Origin: the human T2T-CHM13v2.0 reference genome, Homo sapiens
Length of the DNA stretch: 64,000 nt
Strand: one strand, 5' to 3'
NCBI RefSeq assembly: GCF_009914755.1
Contig: NC_060940.1
Below are positions 56,460 through 64,000 of this stretch, one piece after another. The notes below the pieces were generated by a model that was not told the origin of the DNA, searched no databases, and worked only from the letters and a program-made list of their open reading frames with translations. How positions within the stretch are numbered: the stretch's first letter is position 1; each line of letters opens with the position of its first letter. The position numbers and the translations under genes were made by a program.

Positions 56460-57130
56460 TATGGGAGCTTTTACTCCACAGTCTCAAATATTCTAATGCA
56501 TTTTTTTTCAATTGTTCATTGGTAGATATTTAAGATCTTATACCCCGAACTGTTTTGATCATGGCTATCATAAACGGGATTACATAACATTTCCTAATCA
56601 GTTATTTGAGTGTAAACAGGAAAGTTGTTAATTTTATGTTAATTTTGTTATCAAGTCCATTACTGGGCTTTTGATTATTTTCGCCTATTTTATTTCAGCT
56701 ACTTTTGTTGGGTTTCCCAGGTGGAAAATCATGTAATTCAAAAACCGGAAAAACTGTACTCTTAACATAAAAAAAAAACTGTGATTTTCTTCTTTTCTGG
56801 TTTAATTGAAGATTATGTATAGAATGTAGATCAGTAATAACGATGATTAGTCAATTTCATCTTAATTATTTGCATTAAAGAATGCTTTTAATCTGTTTTA
56901 TATTATTAATAATGCTTGTTTTTCAACTTCTCTTTTTCTAAAGTTCATTTTTATTGCATTAAGGAAGATAACTATTACTTTACTAACATTTTACAGTAAG
57001 TATGGATTTTGAATTTTAAAAGTGTCTTCAATGTCTCTCTTCAAGTGATTTTTATTGACCCACTGTTTTGATGGATTAAATAATTAGTGTCATAATGTTA
57101 AACTACTCTTGAATGTGATACCTATATTTT
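56460..57130 (-). mobile_element. Old L1M ORF2 fragment
   Basis: T-rich 'aattttatgttaattttgtta..gaaaatcatgtaattca..tatggattttgaatttta'. Confidence 0.5.
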
Positions 57131-57139
57131 ACTTATTCG

Positions 57140-57570
57140 TTGTACAAGTATAGACTCAAATTGGATAGTAAAGGAGAGTTTAATAAACAAACTATTTATA
57201 AATTGTCGTCAGGTTTAAGGAAACCAGAAAATGGCGATGTTGTACCATGGGACTAGTAATAGTGGGTAAACTTTACTATCTCTCGGCTGGAAGGGTAAGC
57301 AAAAAGGGTTAAACAGGGTAGCTACATGGCCAGGACTGCTTGACAAGAAGTGTGACCCTTATTAGAAAGATGCAGTCAACCAACAGTGACACTGTATGAA
57401 GGGAGTCAATGGAATTATTCCCCTACGACATTCCTGCCACCCACTGTTTTCTGCCCATGTAACTTGAAGCCAGAGGATGGAAAGTCCACTGATACTCTTT
57501 ACGAGGCCCTGATTTCTAGGGCACAGAGCTGGGTGGAGCAAGAACAAGAATGAGGAAACAAAATACATTT
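57140..57570 (-). mobile_element. Old ERVL-type LTR fragment
   Basis: 'ggagagtttaataaacaaactatttataaa..ggtttaaggaaacca', 'cagagctgggtggag'. Confidence 0.45.
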
Positions 57571-57699
57571 CTAATCTCTATATGTAGAGTTTCTAATAGC
57601 TTGGTATATTCCAGTCTCTGTACTATATATGGTCATTCCCATTATACAACAAGAACTCAAACTAATAAACCAGTACCGTTAAGAATGAAGAAAGAAATG

Positions 57700-57925
57700 A
57701 AGATCCTGTGTTAAAAATTTGCGTGTGACAACTGTACCTAATAAAGAAACCAATGTGGCTAGAGTTTGATGAGAAAGGAAGACTGACTTGGGATAAGGAT
57801 AGAGAAGAATCCAGAAGATATTAAATAGGATTCAAGGGCTTGCAATTTATAAGATGTTAGGTTTTTATTCTAGCTACAATGGAAGTCCATTGCAAGGTTT
57901 TATGTAGAGAAGTGTTATAAGAAGA
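57700..57925 (-). mobile_element. L2 fragment
   Basis: 'ccaatgtggctagagt..ttttattctagctacaatggaagtccattgcaaggtttt'. Confidence 0.6.
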
Positions 57926-58819
57926 TCATCTGACTTATTTCCTGAAATAATTCCTGGTAAAATCTCTGCACCAGATGATTGATATAGCTAAGCATGCATA
58001 CAAGTAGGTAGGTAATATTCTTTCTCTGAGTATGTATGGTGGGAGGATGTGGGTTGGGGGGGGTGGAGATAGTTTGTTAACTGTGTTCTTGTTTTCTTTT
58101 CTCCAGGTCTCTTTCTGTTTAAATCTTCCAGATATAGGCTGGATGTTTTACATTTTTCAAAACATGAAGAATGATTTAGAGATGTAATTCTTTAAACAAT
58201 TATATAGTGGTTGGTTATAGTTTTAAAATGCCTTCCTGTATTTGTATTTCTGCATCTTATTTTTGTGTACTTATACTTTTCTTGACATATTTACTAGAAA
58301 CTTTTCTACTTTATTGATGATTATTTTCTTGAAGAGCAACAGTTTTGCTATTTCCGATGTCTGTGTTTATTTTACACTACCATATGCTTTTGGTTGTACT
58401 GTCCTTATTTTCTGCTGTTTTTTTTTTTCCAATAATAAGACTACTGTCTAATAGGTTTTTGAGCATAACTTGTAAGTAATCTGTTTTTATTCTTAGTATC
58501 TTAGTAATATCATTTAAATATTAAAATATTATAAATTCCTTGTAGATTGCATCTCTTATTTTTGACATATAGTGAAGAGAATACCATTTGTCAACAACAT
58601 AAAATCAGAGTTTTATTTTTCTATAGACCCATGAGATACAAGGAGGTTTTTACTTTTTTAGTATTTTTTCTATGAATCCTTCATTTAAATGTGTATTTAA
58701 TTCAATATTTTTTCCAGTATAATTTCCCATTAAAAATGACTTTACTATGATCATTTTAGGGTATATTTCAAAAAATTTACAAATCATATTTTTGTGAGAG
58801 ACAATATAAATATTTGCAG

Positions 58820-59310
58820 ATTAAATTTAGCTATCCTTTCTCTGTTGGAATTGTATTGGCTCTTTTCTCAAAAATCAATTGACTATAAATGTGTCAGTCT
58901 ATTCTGGGCTGTCTACATGCCTGTTTTTACAATGATAATGCACTGCATTGTATATTGTATCTTTATACTAAGTCCTACAACCAAGTAGCATAGTCCACTG
59001 AAATTGTTCTTCCTTTTCAAAAATACATCAGCTATTTTAGTTTTTTTAAAAAAACTTTCACATAAAATTTAGAATTAGCTTGTCAATTTTCACAAACTAC
59101 ATGCTGCAATTTTAACTGGAATTATTTTGATTTTAAAGATCAATTTCTGGAGAATATCATCTTAAAAATAGCAAAACTCCCATCCATTCACATAGTATAT
59201 GTCTCCATTTATTTAATGGTCTTAATTTTTCTCAGGCATGTTTTACACTTTTTTCATTCGGAGGTTTTATACCTCTTTGGTTAAGTTTATTCATAATTAG
59301 TTTTTCCATG
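58820..59310 (-). mobile_element. Old L1M ORF2 fragment
   Basis: 'aaaaatcaattgac..tttagaattagcttgtcaattt..gtctccatttattta'. Confidence 0.65.
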
Positions 59311-59646
59311 CTTTCAAGTTAATTCATTACTGACATCGCCTCAGATGATTACCACCAATAATTGATGAGGCCTCAGTAAATGAGAACAGAAGTTATCACT
59401 CAGTTGTCTTTAATAGATTTTAAAAAAATGTAAAAACGATAAAAAATAAAAGTGAATTTCCACTTAGTGATTAAGTTGTCCAGTATAACATAGTTGACGT
59501 CTGTGTATCTAAGGACGTAGGATTAAAAGCAAACTATTATTGAAGAACTACCTTCATCCCTTCCTAATATCGCCTCAAAGCCTTTTTTCTAATGTATCCT
59601 ATGAACACTTTTGAGACTCAAGTGTTCTTCTACTTTGTGTCTTCCA

Positions 59647-59709
59647 TTTCCAGTAGAAATATATTTTCCAGTAGAAATATATTTTCCAGTAGATATATAT
59701 TTTCCAGTA
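59647..59709. repeat. Minisatellite, 18-bp unit TTTCCAGTAGAAATATAT x3.5
   Basis: Directly visible. Confidence 0.92.
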
Positions 59710-60319
59710 TACTTTTCGTGAACCTTTTGATCTATTTTGTTTAATTCGTTTTTACTCATTTAGTCATACTTTCACTTTTTCTTTCATTCTTACTGGAGTC
59801 TATTCAAACTCATAATTAAAAAAATACAAGGTACCTCATTTCTGAGATAATTTTTTCTTTTATTTGTGTCTAAGTTCAGTCAGTTCTCTTCATTTTTCTC
59901 TGCTTTTAAAAATCCATTAATGTTGTTAGTATTTTAATTTCAGAATTTTTCTTTTTAATATTCTCAAATGTTTGCTTGATGACCCTTTTAATTCTTCTTT
60001 TTTTTCCTGCAGGAATTTTCTTACATTGATAGTCTTTTTGCTTTTTTTGGCGAGACTTCTGCGTGGACTTATTAATTCCTCTCGTGTTCATATATGTAGC
60101 ATTTTAGGGTTTTATAAAATTGCTAGTTAAATATTACCCTCTTCTGTCTGTATTGCAAAGTCTAGATACGTTAGTGGATTTGTTTTGTTGCTAGGAGGAT
60201 GAGTAGTAGTTCCTCCAATTTTATGGCTATATTTTGTTTGGTAGAATGCTAAATTTTCTTCTTTTGCTTTTTTACTCTTCATCAATCAATTGCCAAAGGA
60301 TGCTGCATTTTGACTTTTT

Positions 60320-60632
60320 TACTTATTTTTATTTACTTTTTTGTGTTTTTGAGATGGAATCTTGCTCTGTCACCAGGCTGGAGTGCAGTGGTGCGATCTT
60401 GGCTCACTGAAACCTCTGTCTCCTGGTTCAAGTGATTCCCTTGCCTCAGCCTCCTGAGTAGCTGGGACTACAGGCACGAGCCACCATGCCCAGCTAATTT
60501 TTTGTGCGTATTTTAGTAGAGACGAGGTTCAACCATGTTGGCCAGGATGGGCTTGATTTCCTGACTTCGTGATCCACCCACCTTGGCTTCCCAAAGTGTT
60601 GGGACTACAGGCCTGAGCCACCGCTCCCGGCC
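60320..60632 (-). mobile_element. AluSc-like
   Basis: 'ctgtcaccaggctg' single-base deletion, 'gacttcgtgatcc'; TSD cattttgacttttt. Confidence 0.9.
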
Positions 60633-62594
60633 TCATTTTGACTTTTTTTTATCCCCCAGAATTTTGCCTGTTTTATTAAAAACAATTTTATTTTCATGTA
60701 ATTTCTGACTTTGACTCACAGTAATTGGGGCATGATATAGACAGGGTCTACTAGCAGAAAGACTCACATGCAAGGAATGGTATAAGATATTTAATGCTCT
60801 GTCTAGTTACCTAACATTCATTAGTTAATATATCTTGGGTGGAGATCCAGGAATCATCTTCCCTTTAGTTTCTGGTCACAATGGGGCTCTTTCTACTTAC
60901 CAGATCTGTTGTCACTGCTACCCCTATGAGCTCCTAAGGACAAAGCAAAACTTCTATTTCTGCTTATTTCTATTTTTCTCATCTTACCAAATAGTCTTCT
61001 TTTTTCTTTTCTTTTAGATGAGGTCAGAGTGGAATGGGACTGTAGTAAAAGGAAGTACATTTAAAAAGCTTTATTCTTCATTTAAATATGCATCCTGAAG
61101 AGATATACAGTAGATTCTATGAATGTTCTTTGCAAATTACAAAATTAGCCGAGCCTTTTCACATTATTTGTATATCTCAGAATTTTAAGAACCTATTTGA
61201 TGATCTCAGTAGGAGGTTAATACTAATACACTTTTTGAAGGGATGGGGACAATACTTAATGCTAATAAACTTTTTTTCATGTGACACTGGAGGAAAAGCA
61301 GAGAAACACTTATGCTTTTAATTGAACCAATTTGTACTTTCTACAAGCTCCCCCTGTGATTGTAATTCACAGTAATTTTGGGGAACCACTACCAAAAATC
61401 CTTTACCGAAAAGAATAGTCAGGCATACTACTGAGCTTTGGTGTAGCAAAAGGCGTATTTGGGTTTTATTTATCCTACTAGGAAGCAGTGAGGGACTGGA
61501 CACCCGGGAGCAGGACTACAAAAAAATTCTCAAATTTGTACGTTCCCCATGTTTCTTTTGGCTTGTATCTCCCTGATGGGCTCCCCTTAGTGATCAACAA
61601 GAAAGTGATTCAGATGGAAAGAACTCCTATATTTGTGTTCCGAGGTGGTAAAGAAGGAATGGCTGGGAATATTTAGTACTATGCTGAAGTTGGGCCTGGG
61701 GGAGAACACTCAGCTGAGAGTGTAGGTGTATCCTGGGGGTGCGAGGCAAAGGAAAAAGGAAGAAACTGGAGTGGGGAGAGTTTATTTATTGCTTAACTAG
61801 GGACAGTTTGGGATTCTTAGGCAAATGGTGTTCCCCATTTACTGATGGACTCAGACAAGTGCAGTTTAATGGCATGTCTCAGTGAACTAAGTAACTAAAT
61901 AAAGATACATTTCCATAGACTATTGAGCCAAGTATATATTTCTAAATCAAGCATAGAAAGGAAGAGAACCTCACACATCCCATAGTGTGCTAGTAGCCCC
62001 AGACAGTGAGAAATGCTCACATTTCTACACTTTCTATAAATTTCCTTTGCTTCAAAATATCAGTGCTTGAATAAAATTATTGATGGGTTTATCTCAGCCT
62101 AAAACTAAACACATACGTCAACATGTCTTAAATATTACTTATTTTCTACAGACAGATCTCAAAAAATTTTGTAATCATTTGCATAGCTTAATTTCCGCTT
62201 GCCAAATTACTTCTATTGACAATAATCCCTATGCCCAGTGGGTACTTGGCATTTATCAAAGCATTTTTGCATGCATGACGATATGAGATTGATCATGCTT
62301 ATAGTAATCTCTGGAAACATGACTCTACAAGTCATGGAGAATTCAAACAACTCACATCAACCCAGCAACCCTGGGAGTCATCAGGACAAGATTTAATAAC
62401 ATTGCACGGATATTGATAACCAAGTAAGTACTCTGCTCAAAGATATTTGGCCTTTAAAAGCTAAAAATAGAAACTTTGATCTGATATTTTGAGCCCAAAT
62501 CCGAACTCTTTATATCAAATATCATACCTTCTGGGCCGTGACTTGCTCATAGGTTTTATGCCAGGAGAGTAGTTAAGGAATAGACAAACTAAAC

Positions 62595-62790
62595 AGATTA
62601 TTGCTACAACAACTGGTATAAATTGAGCACTACTATGTGTAGAGATCTGCATTCAGTAGTTTCAAACATCATATTCTTGTCACAATTGCCCTATAAGAAA
62701 GGGGACTTTGTCTTTTCAATTTACAGATAAGAAAGCAAAAACATAGATATTGGAAGGAAATTATCCTTATAGCCACAGATCAATGGTGAA
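62595..62790 (-). mobile_element. MIR
   Basis: 'attgagcactactatgtg..cacaattgccctataag..tttacagataagaaa'. Confidence 0.65.
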
Positions 62791-63796
62791 TTATTTTCTG
62801 TTTATTTACTTAGAAGATGTCTGACTTGGCAGATCTCCTTTAAAATCTATCCATGTTCGAAACTTCCCGCCTTACCTTCAACTCAGAGAAGCATAAAAGA
62901 AGGGTCTTGCAGTCTCAGCATGAATCATGTCAATCTCTAAATTTCTCAAGTGCCAATGCATCTTCCTGATCATTTACCTATTGTAAGTCTATCTGCTAAG
63001 GCTGGTTTCTTGGCCTCTTTTGTTATCTGTCTGTCTATATATCATCTAGATATCATTTGTCTATCTCTGATTGCTTCATAGTTAACTTTTCTTTTAATTA
63101 AAAAAAGGTAAGGTTGAGATTATTTAAGAATGTTTCATATAAGCATTTGATAAACTGTATTCCATGGGACAACATTTACACAAAATCATTTAAGGCTAAT
63201 CCACTTTCTAATCAAATATATTGCAGTGATGTTACTGTTTTCAGACCATCTTTGAAGAATCACTATCATCATCAAGAGATTAACATATCTGAAAAATCCT
63301 GAGGTTAGAAAAAAAAGTTAATTTTATTGAACATGGCATTTTTAAATGTATTTAAATCTCCTCATGCATCCTTTTCTGTTTTTAATACTGTTTCCTTATA
63401 TCCTGAAGAATAATGTCTGCATTTTCTTGTCTGTCATGTATATAATGTAATCTGTCTGTTCTTAGAAATCCTCAGAAAACAAAACCTTTTCCGTCTCCCC
63501 TCAGCAGCCATCATAGACTGATTCCGCAGAGGTTTGACTTCTGGTTGTCTTGGTGTTCGGTGTTTGTTTTCACAGAATCCATTTAGGGTCGCAAAGTATT
63601 TACCATCTGCTCCTACTCTTTCTTTTGAAGTAAATGTCCTCATGGCCACTGACTCATTTCCCAGGATGGTTATATGGTCACCTCCATGTCCTTATTCAAA
63701 GACTAAGCTAGTTTTGAAGAAAGAAGAATAATCCACTATGTCACCTGTAGGGGACTGACAGTATCTCCCAGGGACAGCTGTGAAAGAGTATTCTGG

Positions 63797-63937
63797 GGCC
63801 ACGTGTGGTGGCTCACACCTGTCATCCCAGAACTTTGGGAAGCCAAAGCGGGAGGATCGCTGGAGTCTAGGAATTTGAGATCAACCTGGGCAACATAGCA
63901 AGGCTGCATCTCTAAAATAATATAAAAATTTTAAAAA
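63797..63937 (+). mobile_element. FLAM (free left Alu monomer)
   Basis: Single left arm plus A tail; TSD gagta(t/c)tctgg. Confidence 0.88.
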
Positions 63938-64000
63938 TGAGTACTCTGGGATACACTGGTGCAGTGTTGAGTTCCTTGCTCCTTGAAGGATGTCTGTCCT

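Noticed and set aside
59647-59709. STAT or heat-shock elements in the minisatellite
   Set aside because: TTC-N5-GAA spacing fits neither GAS (N3/N4) nor HSE (N2).

Overview
This is primate (most likely human) AT-rich intergenic or deep-intronic DNA. It is dense in Alu, L1, L2, MIR, ERV1/ERVL/MaLR solo LTRs and hAT/mariner MITEs. I find no supportable protein-coding gene, structural RNA gene, CpG island or CRISPR array. The supplied ORFs are explained by Alus, LTRs, L1 remnants, low-complexity DNA or chance. The centre (~34.9-52.8 kb) is two ancient L1 elements pointing tail-to-tail, each interrupted by younger insertions, many with readable target-site duplications (TSDs). I cannot demonstrate a new biological system. 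The best lead is that two solo ERV1 LTRs (41.2-42.3 kb and 50.5-51.6 kb) each carry a same-sense Alu between the LTR TATA box and poly(A) signal, so they could act as Pol II Alu expression cassettes. Other leads are several perfect palindromes that look like template-switch products, an inverted (AC)n/(TG)n pair, a twin-priming-like L1MC inversion, tandem amplifications of insertion junctions, and a few motif-clustered unique segments. Repeat subfamily names come from remembered consensus sequences and need RepeatMasker/Dfam confirmation. Boundaries of old elements are approximate.
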